Shown here: piece by piece, positions 25,299 through 37,535 of the stretch | Layout of the letters: each line of letters opens with the position of its first letter | Numbering within the stretch: position 1 is the stretch's first letter | Assembly (NCBI RefSeq): GCF_018977255.1 | Contig: NW_024704743.1 | Location: forward strand, 14,200,001-14,264,000 | From: Callorhinchus milii | Lineage: Eukaryota | Length of the DNA stretch: 64,000 bases | Direction: 5' to 3' | Program-made: the position numbers and the translations under genes | The notes under the pieces: generated by a model | The model's input: only the letters and a program-made list of their open reading frames with translations | Databases searched by the model: none | What the model was told of the DNA's origin: nothing

Positions 25299-26162
25299 TA
25301 CAAATATTGTTGAATATTGTATAAATATTGCTGAAATAGTTACATGCTGAAGGTAATCTGAAATGTACTTGTTTTCATTCTCTAAATCTGGCTCAGCGTG
25401 TTGCAACAAAAGATCTATTCAAATCTACGCTTTTCACTTAACACCCCACTACCGATGTTACAAACCAAAACAGCAACGGAGTTTGCAAGTGCTGTAAAAT
25501 ACGAGGACGCCAGATCTGTACTGAGCAGGTCTGAACTCAGCCATACCACAAACTGAATGTTTAGTTGTGGAAAGAACAATTGTGTTTCTTTTCTGAATGG
25601 TAGAATTCTGGCCTTCTCCTTGAACCTGTGACGATTTCCTGATGTAAAAGATGCTGTAAAAATGTAATGTGTTGTTCTTCTCATCCAAAAGTTCAGTAAT
25701 TTCACGAGAATTACAGCAGAACAACCCCAAATGGGTTTGATCTTTAGTCACATAGGGTTATCCTGTAAAATGAACAACTGATACAATCAGACAATTAAAT
25801 GTTTTAAATGTAAATGCATCAATGCCTTATGTTAACTTGTGAAGCAAATAATCTCTGAATGAATCCACTTTTAAAAAGCTTTTAAGAGTGATCCAAATTT
25901 CAGCATCACATCACAGCTGTTCAATTTTCAGGTTTACTTTTGAGTGTGATTTGGATTTATCATTCCCTTTCCTCTTAAGTTGAAATTAAAATGATGAAGT
26001 ATAGAATGGAAATAAAAGGTATTGGGATCATCATTCCTGCCACTTCTTAAAAAGAAATCTTGTCATTTATTTTGCCCATCCATTCTCTTCGGAGGAAAAT
26101 TATTGGTGGATGTTTTGTGAGTCCCATAGATAATCAATCAATCAATTGACACAGCCTCACAT

Positions 26163-26990
26163 CAACAACAACAACAACTTGCAATTATTATTATTATTAT
26201 TATTATTATATAGCGCCTTTCACGCGGGGTAGTGTCCCGGAGTGCTTTACTGCAGCAGAGTCCTACACCGAGCCAAGAGGAGAGGGAGGGGTCGGTGACC
26301 ATAAGCACGATCAAAAAGGAAGGTCTTTAGGAGGGATCGAGGGAGAGGATTCCAGAGTTTTGGGACATGGTGATTGAAGGCACGGCCTCTGATGGTGGAA
26401 TGGAGGGCATGAGGATAAACGGGAGGCCAGAGCCAGCCGAGTGGAGGCAGCGGGTGGTGGAGTGGGGGATAAGGAGGTTGGATTGGTAGGGAGCTGCGAG
26501 GGAATGACATGATTTGAAAATGAGTGAGAGGATCTTGAAGTCGATCCGTTGGGAGCCAGTGGAGCCTGGACTAATCTGATAATGACATCTCCACTATTCT
26601 TTTATATGCATTATTCATGCACAGCAGATTGAATGAAGATCCTCGTTCTCACATTCAAATCCCTCAATAGTGTTGTCCCACCCAACCTCTGCAATATCCC
26701 CTAGCCATGCCTGCTTCATGTCCCCTGGCCCTGTCCACCTCACCATCGATAGGCAGGCTTTCAACCATTCTGCCCACACTCTCTGAAACTCCATCCCAGA
26801 ATCCCTCCGCCTCACTCCTGCTCTCACCTTGTTCAAGGCACATCTCAAAACATACCTCTTTAATCACGCTTTCAGTCTTCTTTCCCCTCCCCACGCCCCT
26901 CAGCTTCCACCCTCAGCTCGAGTGCCCACCTACGTTTGTCAAGCTCTTTGAGGAGTCCTCCTAGCACAAAAGACGTGATATGAATATAAA
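26163..26990. mobile_element. Head-to-head L2 3' fragments (26163-26570 minus; about 26625-26990 plus)
   Basis: Minus-strand [27 protein letters not shown] with a (CAA)n tail containing an internal (ATT)9 run; plus-strand older copy with ggcaggctttcaaccattctgcccac. Confidence 0.8.
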
Positions 26991-27431
26991 TATAAATTGT
27001 ACCATATTGCTGTATATTTCAACCCAGTCACCTGCTGAGGTTTATTTCTGAATGCCACATTCCTCAGGTTTAAATGTAAAGAGTGCCCACATTATTTGAT
27101 GATATTGACCTGAAAGTAAGATAGGAGGAAAGCAAACAACTACAATTCCTGTCAGAAGAAGAATAAAGTGGAAATACGCATTTCAATATACATGCAGCAT
27201 AAAGCAGAGCTTGGATTGTTAACACATCTTTACACAACATCAAATAGATATTTTTGGCATAAAATGTTATTGGGTAGATAACAGGATTTAAATTGGATCC
27301 ACATTGTTTTGCCTGAATCAAATCCTCAGCTCACAGTTGAGTACATCGATGAATCACATTGTGCCTATTTTTAGCAAAGATGCACATCAATGCTACTATT
27401 TCTATTACTAAGCAAAGAGTCTGAAGCAAGT

Positions 27432-27445
27432 GTTTCCATGGTGAC
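27432..27445. promoter_or_regulatory. RFX X-box-like motif GTTTCCATGGTGAC in unique sequence
   Basis: Close match to the palindromic X-box consensus; motif match only. Confidence 0.25.
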
Positions 27446-28309
27446 AGCAATTTAAGAAACTTCATTTGGTTATCTAATGATTATCTAACCTTTTCAATTG
27501 TACACGACTGCTCTTTCAAGGATTTCTTACATCAACTTATTTTAATGGGCTTTCAAACCACTTTACAGTCTTGTACAATTCATTCACTCATCTGCTGTTG
27601 CTCTTGTATTATTTTGAATGAAGTACTGTGCACGAGATTGACGTTAAATTCGCTGTAAATATATCCTTTTCGGACGAACAGAAATACAAATTCATTTTCT
27701 GACAAAAAGCAATGGCATTGAAGTTGCTATCGACAGGATCTTTGTGTGACCTGCTATTGTGTTAAAAACAGCTTTGACTGGTATCATTCAGCTCTTAACA
27801 TTCCTCCTCATTTGTTCACCCACCACATGCAAATGATGTGAAAGGTGCTACACAAATGTCATTTTGTTGTTGTTGTTGTTGTAGGTTGCCAACCAATTTG
27901 GGGCAGGATGGGGAGAAAGGACAACCTATGAATTTGGCATTTCACAGAAGTCATATAAGGGCATATAATAATAATAATCATTGTATTTGATATAGCGCCT
28001 TATCATGTCTTCGAGATGTCTCAAAGCGCTTCACATATTGTAAAGTGAATTGACTGTATATAATGCTTTGTGGGTGAAATGAGAAGATTGAGAAAATGTC
28101 TCAATAGATTCCAATGTATGGATTAATGAGTGGGATCTATTATTTTTCATGTTAATTTAACAGTATATTATGCATTTATGATTGCTCTGTTTTGGAGTCT
28201 GAAGCCAACTTCATGGTATTGCAGCGTCAATTAATTAATTAATTAAAGGCAGGCTTTATTCCTGTTCCTAGGATACAGCAAGAAAGCTGCATTCACCGCA
28301 TACCCAAGT

Positions 28310-29629
28310 TATCAACTCGCTGACCCACAACCGTGGCCACTCCCTTGAACTCGTCATCAAGCATGGCCTTGACACTTCCGACCTGTCAACCACGGACAAG
28401 GGCATCTCGGACCACTTCCTCATCTCCCTCTCCTCCCACATCACCCTCCCCTCTTCCAAGTCCTCCAACATTTTTTTCCGCCCCAGGAAAAAGCTTCTCT
28501 GAATCCCTTACAAATGCCTTCTCCTCAGACCTCCTCTCCCTCTGGCCCTCCATCCGCAGCAATCCTGATACAGACGTCAAGCTGCTGAATGACCGTCTCT
28601 CCACAGCCTTGAATTCCTGGCTCCCCTGAAATCCAGGATTGTTTCCAAACCCACCCACTCCCCCTGGGACAACACTCATCTCCGCTCATTTAAATCACAA
28701 ACCCGGATGCTCGAGCGCAGATGGCAGAAATCTGGCCTTATAATTCACCGCCAGCTGTGGCTCGAGCACCTCCTCAACCACCGCTTCTCCCTTTCACAGG
28801 CCAAAACTGACTTTTACTCCAAAGTCATCCTGGAGGCAAACAACAATCCAAAGATGCTGTTTTTCACCTCCTCTGTGCAGCCCCTCAAGCTCCCTCTATC
28901 CTCACGTCAAATGCCAAGTGTAAAGTTGTCCTAGACTTCTTCGCCTCAAAGATTGAAAACATCCGCCTAGCTGCATCGTTCACCCCCTCCCATGTCCCCT
29001 TCCACCCAACCCAGGCCATCCACACCACGTTCTCCCTCCGCCATGGCTCCTGCCACTCCCCCCTCCTTATACTCCTTTGCCCTCATTTCTCCCTCCTCCC
29101 TCTCAACCACAATTATCCGCATGAAGTTCACAACCTGCTCTCTCAATCCCCTCCCCACCCAGCTGCTGGTCACTCAACTCCCCCTTCTCTCCCTCCTGCC
29201 GGCCGACATGGTCAACCAGTTTCTCTCTCAGGCTCTGTTCCATTCCCCTGCTAACTGCTGTCATCACACCCCTCCTCAAAAACCCACCCTCAATCCCTCT
29301 AATCTCTCACACTACCCTCCCATTTCCAACCTACCCTTCCCTGGCAAAGTCCTGGAATGCATTGTTGCAGATCAACTTCGGTCACACCTCTCCCTCCACT
29401 TCCTCCTCGAGGCCCTGCAGTCTGGTTTTCGCTCTGCCCACAGCACAGAGACAGCGCTTGTCAAAGTCACAAACGACATTCTCTCTATCTATGACCAGGG
29501 TTCCTTCTGGCTCCTCGTCCTCCTGTATCTCTCTGCCGCGTTCGACACAGTCGACCACGCCATCATCCTCCACTGCCTCTCCTACCTCATCCACCTTCAT
29601 GGGACCGAACTTGCATGGTTCGAGTCCTA
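28310..29629 (+). mobile_element. L2 ORF2 fragment (end of endonuclease through RT N-terminus)
   Basis: [52 protein letters not shown]; cut off by the tail of the adjacent minus-strand L2. Confidence 0.9.
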
Positions 29630-31051
29630 CAACAACAACAACAACAAGATTCCATTTATAGAGTGCCTTTCACGTCGGGAGGACGTCCCAAGGCGCTGTA
29701 CAGTTGGGTCAGGACCCCAAGCATAGGGGGGAAAATAGTCAGGGTGAGGGGAGGGAGGGAGTGAGGAGGGGGAAATAGTCAGGGTGAGGGGAGGGAAGGG
29801 AGAGAGCGAGGATGGGGTAGAGAGTCGAGAGGGGAGCTGAAGGCTCGGTCAAAGAGAAAGGTCTTGAGACCAGCCTTGAAGGTGGAAAGGGAGGAGGCGG
29901 CGAAGGCACTGGGGGATAAAGTTCCAGAGCCTAGGGGCTGAGAGGCTGAAGGCCCGGCCACCGATGGTAGGGCGGTTGGGGCGGGGGATGTGGAGCAGAT
30001 GGGAGCCAGAGGAACGGAGGGTACGGGCAGGTAAGTAGGGGGATAGTAGGTCAGAGAGATAGGAGGGAGCAAGGCCGTGAATGGCCTTGTAGGTGAGGAT
30101 GAGGATCTTGAATTTGATCCTCTGGGGGATGGGGAGCCAGTGGAGGCGAGCGAGGGTGGGAGTGATGTGGTCGCGAAGCCTGGTGCGGGGCAGTACACGA
30201 GCTGTAGAGTTCTAAATGACCTGCAGCTTGTGGAGGGAGGTGCCGGGAAGGCCGGCGAGGAGAGAGTTCCCATAGTCCAGCCTTGAGGTGATAAAGGCGT
30301 GGACCAGAATTTCAGCCGCGTGAGGGGTGAGGTAGTGCCGTAGTCTGGCGATGTTCCGGAGGTGATGGAAGGCGGTGCCAGTTGTGGTGCGGATATGAGG
30401 GAGAAAGGACAGCTCAGGGTTGAACAGAACCCCGAGGTTCCTGACCGGCTTTGAGAGGTGGAGAGTGCAGCCTTGGATGCTGATGGTGTCAGCGCCTGAG
30501 GTGCGGAGGCGCTGACGTGAACCAATCAGGAGGGCCTCAGTTTTGCACACGTTGAGTTGAAGAAAGTTGTCTCTCGTCCAGGACTCGATGTCGGACAGGC
30601 AGCTGTCAGGACATCGGTGGTCGTGAGTTGAGGGTAGAGGAGGAAAGGTAGAGTTGGGTGTCATCTGCATACATGTGGAAGTTGACCCCATGTCTGCGGA
30701 TGATGTCACCACAGGGGGAGCATATAGAGGGTGAAGAGGAGGGGACCAAAGACAGAGCCTTGAGGGACACCGCACGAGACAGTGCGGGGGGTGGAGGAAA
30801 AGCCGTTCGTGGAAACAAAGTAAAGATGGTGGGAGAGGTACGACCTAAACCACTCAAGGACAGGGCCTTGAAGGTTTAGGTGGGAGGACAAGCGGTGGAG
30901 GAGGATAGTGTGGTCGACCGTATCGAATGCTGCCGATAGGTCGAGGAGGCAGAGGAAGCCCTGGTCGCAGATGGTCAGGATGTCATTGGTGACCTTGATC
31001 AGAGCAGTTTCTGTGCTATGGGCAGCACGGAAACCCGACTGAAGGGGTTCG
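29630..31051 (-). mobile_element. Young 5'-truncated L2 (RT through 3' tail)
   Basis: [32 protein letters not shown]; (CAA)n tail at 29630; highly similar to 32741-34171 in inverted orientation. Confidence 0.95.
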
Positions 31052-31069
31052 AATAATGAATGGGTGAAT

Positions 31070-31771
31070 AATGAATCCTACTTAACCAAATGCCTTCATT
31101 TCATCTCAGCAAATAGTTTCTCCTCCTGGCCCTGCCCGGTCACCTGCAGGGTGTCCCAGAGCTCCCTCCTTGTACCTCTTCTTTTCCTTATCTATATGCT
31201 CCCTCTGGGCAATGTCATCCGCAGACATGGGATAAACTTCCACATGTATGCAGATGACGCACAAATCTACTTTGCCTCCTCCAGTACCAACTCCAGTTCC
31301 GCCAATATTCTATCAGCTTGTCTGGCAGATATTAGGGCCTGGATGAGTGTAAACTTCCTGTAGCTGAATGTGGCCAAGACTAAAGCCATACTCCTTGGCT
31401 CCCGTCAACGTCTTCACTTCTGAGGATCTGAACTCCTCAACCTCCATGGGCTCCCCTCATGCTCACCGAACCAGTGCACAATCTAAGTGCCTGGTTCGAC
31501 CCCCAGCTCCTCCTTATCCAGTCCCCGACCAGCACTGACTCCTTCCGCCTCCGCCACATTGCCTGTCTCCGACTGTACCTTACCTCAAATGCAGCCAAAA
31601 CCCTCGTGCATGCGTTTGTCACCTTCTGCTTCGATTAATCCAACACACTCCTCGCCAGTCTCCCCAGCTGCACTGTTCAAATGATCCAGCTCATTCAGAA
31701 CTCTGCCGCCCACATACTGACCCAAGCCAAACTCCACACTCACTTCTCACCAGTTCTGTCCAGGCTCCACT
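31070..31771 (+). mobile_element. Older L2, 5' portion; continues at 35148-35612
   Basis: [29 protein letters not shown]; the last 61 bp recur at 35148-35208. Confidence 0.88.
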
Positions 31772-31870
31772 CCACTCCACTCCACAAACAAATTTGAGAT
31801 CGAACTGACCTAACTTCTAGTTTATTCTTCTGTTCCAATATCTGATGTTCGCCTACAAAATACCCAGTTA

Positions 31871-32186
31871 TAATAATAATAATAATAATCCTTGCATTTG
31901 ATATAGCGCTTTTCACGTCGGGAGGACGTCCCAAAGCGTTTCACAGAACACACTGTAAAGTGAATTGACTGTATATTTGTGGGCAAACGCGGTAGCCAAT
32001 TGCGCACAGCAATGTCCCACAAACAGTCGTAGATTAAAAATGATCAATTTATTATTGTTTTTGGTTTTGGAGGGATTATTATTAGGCTCTGTGTGGAGTA
32101 AGGAAACTTGCCCAAGGTTTCGCCCTCTGCCTGGAATTGAACTCAGGTCTCTCGCTTGCAAAGCGAGTGCTCTAACCACTGAGCTA
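31871..32186 (-). mobile_element. tRNA-Ala-derived SINE, young
   Basis: TSD cagtta at 31865-31870 and 32187-32192; empty site tacccagttactacac at 48131-48146. Confidence 0.93.
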
Positions 32187-32341
32187 CAGTTACTACACTT
32201 TATACTAAATCCTTTAAAGCACTTTGCGACATCCACTCAATGTGAAAGGCACTGTATTAAAAGCAACGATTGTTATTAAAAGTATATTTCCTTTCAGTAC
32301 ATGGTCCACATTGTTCATTCTTCTGATGAATCTTATAACTT

Positions 32342-34171
32342 CCACCCACCACCCACCCCTTCCCTCCCACACTCCGACTCCTACCCATCCTCCCCTACAC
32401 ACCTTCGTACCCGTTTCCCCACCCTCTGTCACTGAACTCATCCTATCCCTAAAACCAACCACCTGCTCCCTTGACCCCATCCCCACTCCACTCCTTATCT
32501 CCCAGCTCCATTTTCTTGCCCCACACATCACTGACATCATAAACCTGTCCCTCTCCTCTGGCTCTGTCCCCATTCCATTAAAAACTGCCATCATCACGCC
32601 CACCCTGAAAAAACCCTCCCTTGATGCGTCGCAGCTATCAAGCTACCGGCCCATCTCCAACCTCCCCTTTCTCTCCAAGGTCTTGGAAAGAGTTGTCGCC
32701 TCCCAACTGCGCTCTTTCCTCTCCACCCATTCTCTTTTCGAACCCCTTCAGTCAGGTTTCCGTGCTGCTCATAGCACAGAAACTGCCCTGGTCAAGGTCA
32801 CCAATGATATCCTGACCATCTGTGACCAGGGCTCCCTCTGTCTCCTCGTCCTCCTCGACCTATCGGCAGCATTCGATACGGTCGACCACGCTATCCTACT
32901 CCACCGCTTGTCCTCCCACCTCAACCTTCAAGGCACTGTCCTTGAATGGTTTAGCTCTTACCTTTCCCACCGTCTTCACTTCGTCTCAACGAATGGCTTC
33001 TCCTCCACCCCCCGTACTGTCTCATGTGGTGTCCCTCAGGGCTCTGTCCTCGGTCCCCTCCTCTTCACCCTCTATATGCTCCCCCTTGGTGACATCATCC
33101 GCAAACATGGGGTTAACTTCCACATGTATGCGGATGACACCCAACTCTACCTTTCCTCCTCTACTCTCAACTCCACGACCACCGATGTCCTGACAGCCTG
33201 CCTGTCCGACATCGAGTCCTGGACGAGAGACAACTTTCTTCAGCTCAACGTGCGAAAAACCGAGGCCCTCCTGATTGGCTCACGTCAGCGCCTCCGCACC
33301 TCAGGCGCTGACACCATCAGCATCCAAGGCTGCACTCTCCACCTCTCAAAGCCAGTCAGGAACCTCGGCGTTTTGTTCGACCCTGAGCTGTCCTTTCTCC
33401 CTCACATCCGCACCACAACTGGCACCGCCTTCCATCACCTCCGGAATATCGCCAGATTACGGCACTACCTCACCCCTCACGCTGCTGAAACCCTGGTTCA
33501 CGCCTTTGTCACCTCAAGGCTGGACTATGGGAACTCTCTCCTCGCCGGCCTTCCCGGCACCTCCCTCCACAAGCTGCAGGTCATTCAGAACTCTGCAGCT
33601 CGTGTACTGTCCCGCACCAGGCTTCGCGACCACATCACTCCCACCCTCGCTCGCCTCCACTGGCTCCCCATCCCCCAGAGGATTGATTTCAAGATCCTCA
33701 TCCTCACCTACAAGGCCATTCACGGCCTTGCTCCCTCCTACCTCTCCAACCTACTATCCCCCTACCTACCTGCCCGTACCCTCCGTTCCTCTGGCTCCGG
33801 TCTGCTCCACGTCCCCGCCCCAACCGCCCTACCATCGGTGGTCGGGCCTTCAGCCTCTCAGCCCCAGGCTCTGGAACTCCATCCCCCAGTGCCTTCGCCT
33901 TGCTTCCTCCCTTTCCTCCTTCAAGGCCGGTCTCAAAACCTTTCTCTTTGACCGTGCCTTCAGCTCCCCTCTCGACTCTCTTCCTCCTCCTCGCTCCCTC
34001 CCTTCCCTCCCCTCACCCTGACCATTTCCCCCCTCCTCTCTCCCTCCCTTCCCTCCCCTCACCCTGACCATTTCCCCCTGCTCGGGTCATGACCCAACTG
34101 TGCAGCGCCTTGGGACGTCCTCCTGACGTGAAAGGCGCTCTATAAATGGAATCTTGTTGTTGTTGTTGTTG
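32342..34171 (+). mobile_element. Young 5'-truncated L2 LINE with an uninterrupted RT domain
   Basis: Open frame TCSLDPIPT...[15 protein letters not shown]...[12 protein letters not shown]...[13 protein letters not shown]...YADDTQLY...[10 protein letters not shown]; (GTT)n tail; TSD taactt at 32336-32341 and 34172-34177; empty site at about 48284-48289. Confidence 0.97.
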
Positions 34172-34319
34172 TAACTTTACATTTCTCTGAGTCAAACTGC
34201 ATCTCCCACCTTTAATCACATAAACTTATCCTCACCACTGTGAGCTTTCGCACATGCGCCTCACAATAGTTGCGGACTATAATTTTGAGCTCAATCAAAG
34301 ATAAAAGTGATAACTTATA

Positions 34320-34882
34320 ACAACAACAACAAAATTACATTTATATAGTGCCTTCCATGTTGGGAGGACGTCCCAAGGTGCTGGACAGACAGAGTTATAG
34401 ACTACAGACTGAGCTGGAGGTCAGGGTGGGGGAGGGTGGAGGGCAGGGGAGGAAGCAGGGAGATCGAAGGCACGGCCGAAAAGTAGGATCTTGAGATGGG
34501 TCTTGAAGGTGGCAAGGGAGGGGACGAGATGGAGGGACTGCGGGATCGAGTTCTAGTGGGTGGGTGCAGAATGGCGGAAGGCCTGCCTGCCATAGTGGGG
34601 CGAGCAAGGCGGGGGACGTGAAGCAGGACAGAACCCGCTGAGTGGAGGGAGTGATCAGGGTGGTAGGGAGTTAGGAGGTTGGAGAGGTAGGGGGAACAAC
34701 ACCGTGGAGGGCTTTGAAGGTAAGGATCAGGATCTTGAACTGTATCCTCTGTGTGACGGGAAGCCCGTGGAGTTGGGCAAGGATGGGGGTGATAGGGTCG
34801 CAGTGCCTAGTGCGGGAGAGGACACAGGCTGCAGAGTTCTGGATCATCTGTAGCCTATGGAGGGAGAAGTTGGGAAGGCCTA
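34320..34882 (-). mobile_element. L2 3' fragment within the duplicated block
   Basis: Paralogous to 48432-48978; (CAA)n aattacatttatatag tail. Confidence 0.88.
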
Positions 34883-35147
34883 ACTATAATTATAAATGAT
34901 TATAATTATATAATTATAAATCATTATAAATGATGAGAGCTATGGAGAGGAAGCGCTCTGAGGCGCTACCCTGTGTGGAGGGCGCTATATAAGTGCAACT
35001 TGTTCTTGTTGATGGGCCAAATAGCCAAATGGATCCGCACAGTTGTGTTCAAATCCCTTCACTCCCTGGCACCTCCTTACCTCTCCGACCTCCTCATTCC
35101 CCAATCCACCTGGTGCCTCCGCTCGACTGGCCCATACTGGTTTGGAT

Positions 35148-35612
35148 CACATACTGACCCAAGCCAAACTCCATACTCACTTCTCACCAGTCCTGGCCAG
35201 GCTCCACTGGCTCTCATCAGCGAATGGATCAACTTCAAGCTCCTCATACTCGTGTTCAAATCCCTTCACTCTTTAGCACCTCCCTACCTCTCTGACTTCC
35301 TCATTCCCCAATCCACCACCTGGTGCCTCTGCTCGACTGGCACCAGCCTCCTGCTCATCTCTTACACCCTCCACCCCACCATCGGAGGTCGCACTTTCAG
35401 CCACTTCCCCCCGAAACTCTGGAGCACTCTCCCTCAATCCCTCTGCCTTGCCCCCTCTCTCCCCTTTCTCAAGTCCTGCCTGAAAACCTTCCTGTTTGAC
35501 CTTGCCTATGGCCACATCTCCCCCTCGGCTCAGAGTCAGGCTCCATCGCTGTTAAGCGCTCTGAGATGCTACCCTGCCTGGAGGGCGCTATCTAAGTGCA
35601 AGTTGTTGTTGT
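35148..35612 (+). mobile_element. Older L2, 3' portion
   Basis: LARLHWL..INFKLLILVFKSLHSLAPPYLSD...LKTFLFD; tail tgcaagttgttgttg. Confidence 0.88.
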
Positions 35613-35699
35613 ATCTTGGTGCACCATGTTGGGAGAGTGTCAGGAATGAAATTGCCTCATTTGCTGACGACTAAAGCCACCTTTTGGAATTGCCACATT

Positions 35700-36050
35700 T
35701 AATAATAATTCTTGCTTTTCATTTAGCCCCTTATCACAACATTGATAGCTCTCACAGTGCTTCACAGAATATATTGTAAAGTGAATTGACTGTGTATTTG
35801 TGGGTGAAACATGGCAGCCAATTGCACACAGCAATATCCCACAAACAATCATGTATTGAGTGACCCAACCTTTTTTTAGGGATTATTACCCCTGGAAAAT
35901 GATCCGCCAATTGATTTAAACAACCAGGTTCCTATTTACTGCTAGAAAAACAGAGACATGTGGAGTAAGGAAACTTGCCTAAGGTTTTGCCCTGTCTGGG
36001 AATCAATCCTGGGTCTGCTCGCTTGCGAGGTGAACGTGCTGACCACTACA
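35700..36050 (-). mobile_element. SINE, tRNA-Ala-related older subfamily
   Basis: ggcagccaattgcacacagcaat core, gtggagtaaggaaacttgcc. Confidence 0.8.
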
Positions 36051-36466
36051 TTATACGTTTTGTCCTCACTATAACCAATCTTATAGAAAAATGAAGGGAA
36101 AACTGGGAATATGTTGGGGGCCGGTCTGCTGAACCCTGGATGTTAAGACAAGATGCTTACAGACCGGTAGTTTTTTGGACGTTAAGAACATAAGATTGGT
36201 TTGGATGAAGAAAGCCCTTCGGCCCATCTCATCTCATCTTTTCAGAATAGCCACCCTACTGTCCCCTTATATCACAGCATTAAGCTACTTTTTAAATTAC
36301 AAAGGAAGAAAGGGCTACTCTGCTCAACAAATACATTCCTTCTCAAAAACATGTAAAATCTACCCTACTGTGGTACCCACCCAGCCATTGTACCTACTGA
36401 GGAGAGTTCTTGCTTGCTTGACTTGACAATATGCAATAAAGTTGATTCATGATGATTTGTGTGTCT

Positions 36467-36995
36467 GCATGGCTCAGTTGGTAGCACTCTCGCCTCCTGA
36501 GTCAGAAGGTTGTGGGATCAAGCCCCACATTGGGGAATTGAATTCATGTAGTCTAAGCTGCCACCCCAATGCAATTCTGGGGTGTGCTGCATTGTTCGAG
36601 ATGCCGCCTTCAGGTGAGATGGTAGCCTGGACTACCTGACTACCTGAATACTATTCAAAAAGAGAAGGGACTTTATCCCGGTCTCCTGACCAACAGTCCC
36701 CATACTAAATTATTCATTCATTTCATGGCTGTGTTTGGGACATTGTTGTTTATAATTGTCTGGGTGTTTGTCCACAAAACACACAGTATAGCCTGTGAAG
36801 CCGTTTGGGACATCCTTCCAATGTAAAAGACGCTATACCAAATGCAAGGATTATTATAACTGCTTGTGGGACATTGCTGTGTGCAAAATGGCTGCCAAGT
36901 TTGCCCACAAGATACACAGCTTTATAGTATATCCTGTGAAGAGTTTTGAGACGTCTCGACCCATGGTAATGCACTGTATTAAATGCAATTTTTTT
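36467..36995 (+). mobile_element. Deu-type SINE followed by a second partial copy
   Basis: tggctcagttggtagcactctcgcctcctgagtcagaaggttgtggg tRNA-like head; gggacattgctgtgtgcaaaatggctgcc core. Confidence 0.75.
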
Positions 36996-37535
36996 TAATA
37001 TTGCTATAATACAGGGATCAGCCTTTTTCAATACTGATTGTAATTTAGATATTGGTAAATTGAGTTGTAAATGCCTCAACAGCTTTGATGGTACCTGCAA
37101 GATGGGGCATTTACCAATTCAATTTACCGTAATTTTTCAATCTAAGTTACCGTCAGTGTTGAAAAAGCCTGACCTCAATCAGGCTTAAGGAAGTCAAAAA
37201 GGAAGATGTCTCAAAGTGCTTTACACTGCTGGTTGGGCATCCAAGCTGGTATCTGGGAGCTGAAGAGCATGGGGAGGGGAAAGTTCACCAAAATCATGGT
37301 CAGATGGGTACGTTTTAAGGCAGGCTTTGAAAGTGGAAAGGGAGTGGGTGAGTGGGTTGGGGTGGAGAGGGGTGGGTATCCAGGATGGAGTTCCAGCAGC
37401 TTTGCTTGAAACAAATCTGACAGCTATAGGATTTGCTTTGTGTAAAACTTTTAGCCTATATTGTTAAATATATATTTTTCTGAGTGAACCCATTAATTTA
37501 CTATAAGTAAAGGAATTTTTTTTACAAAACATTTA

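Larger units (their letters stand above)
31781..35131 (+). repeat. Duplicated copy of DCLK3 intron segment 48051-49213, with two later insertions
   Basis: Unique sequence aacttctagtttattcttctgttccaatatctg...ctttcagtacatggtccacattg...ctgagtcaaactgcatctcccacc is colinear with 48051 onward. Confidence 0.93.

Noticed and set aside
25415..25751. Short ORFs in unique sequence, including plus-strand TKT...EDAR words recalling a golgin C-terminus
   Set aside because: Spacing does not match, no recognisable domain, and no convincing splice sites.
32224..33951. 575-aa ORF as a host or domesticated gene
   Set aside because: The first 39 or so codons are chance read-in from flanking DNA (TTG start, upstream of the TSD); the rest is a 5'-truncated L2 ORF2 with a frameshifted end.
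31781..35131. Duplication of 48051-49213 as an assembly artefact
   Set aside because: The copies differ by many substitutions and indels, and one carries two independent TSD-flanked insertions.
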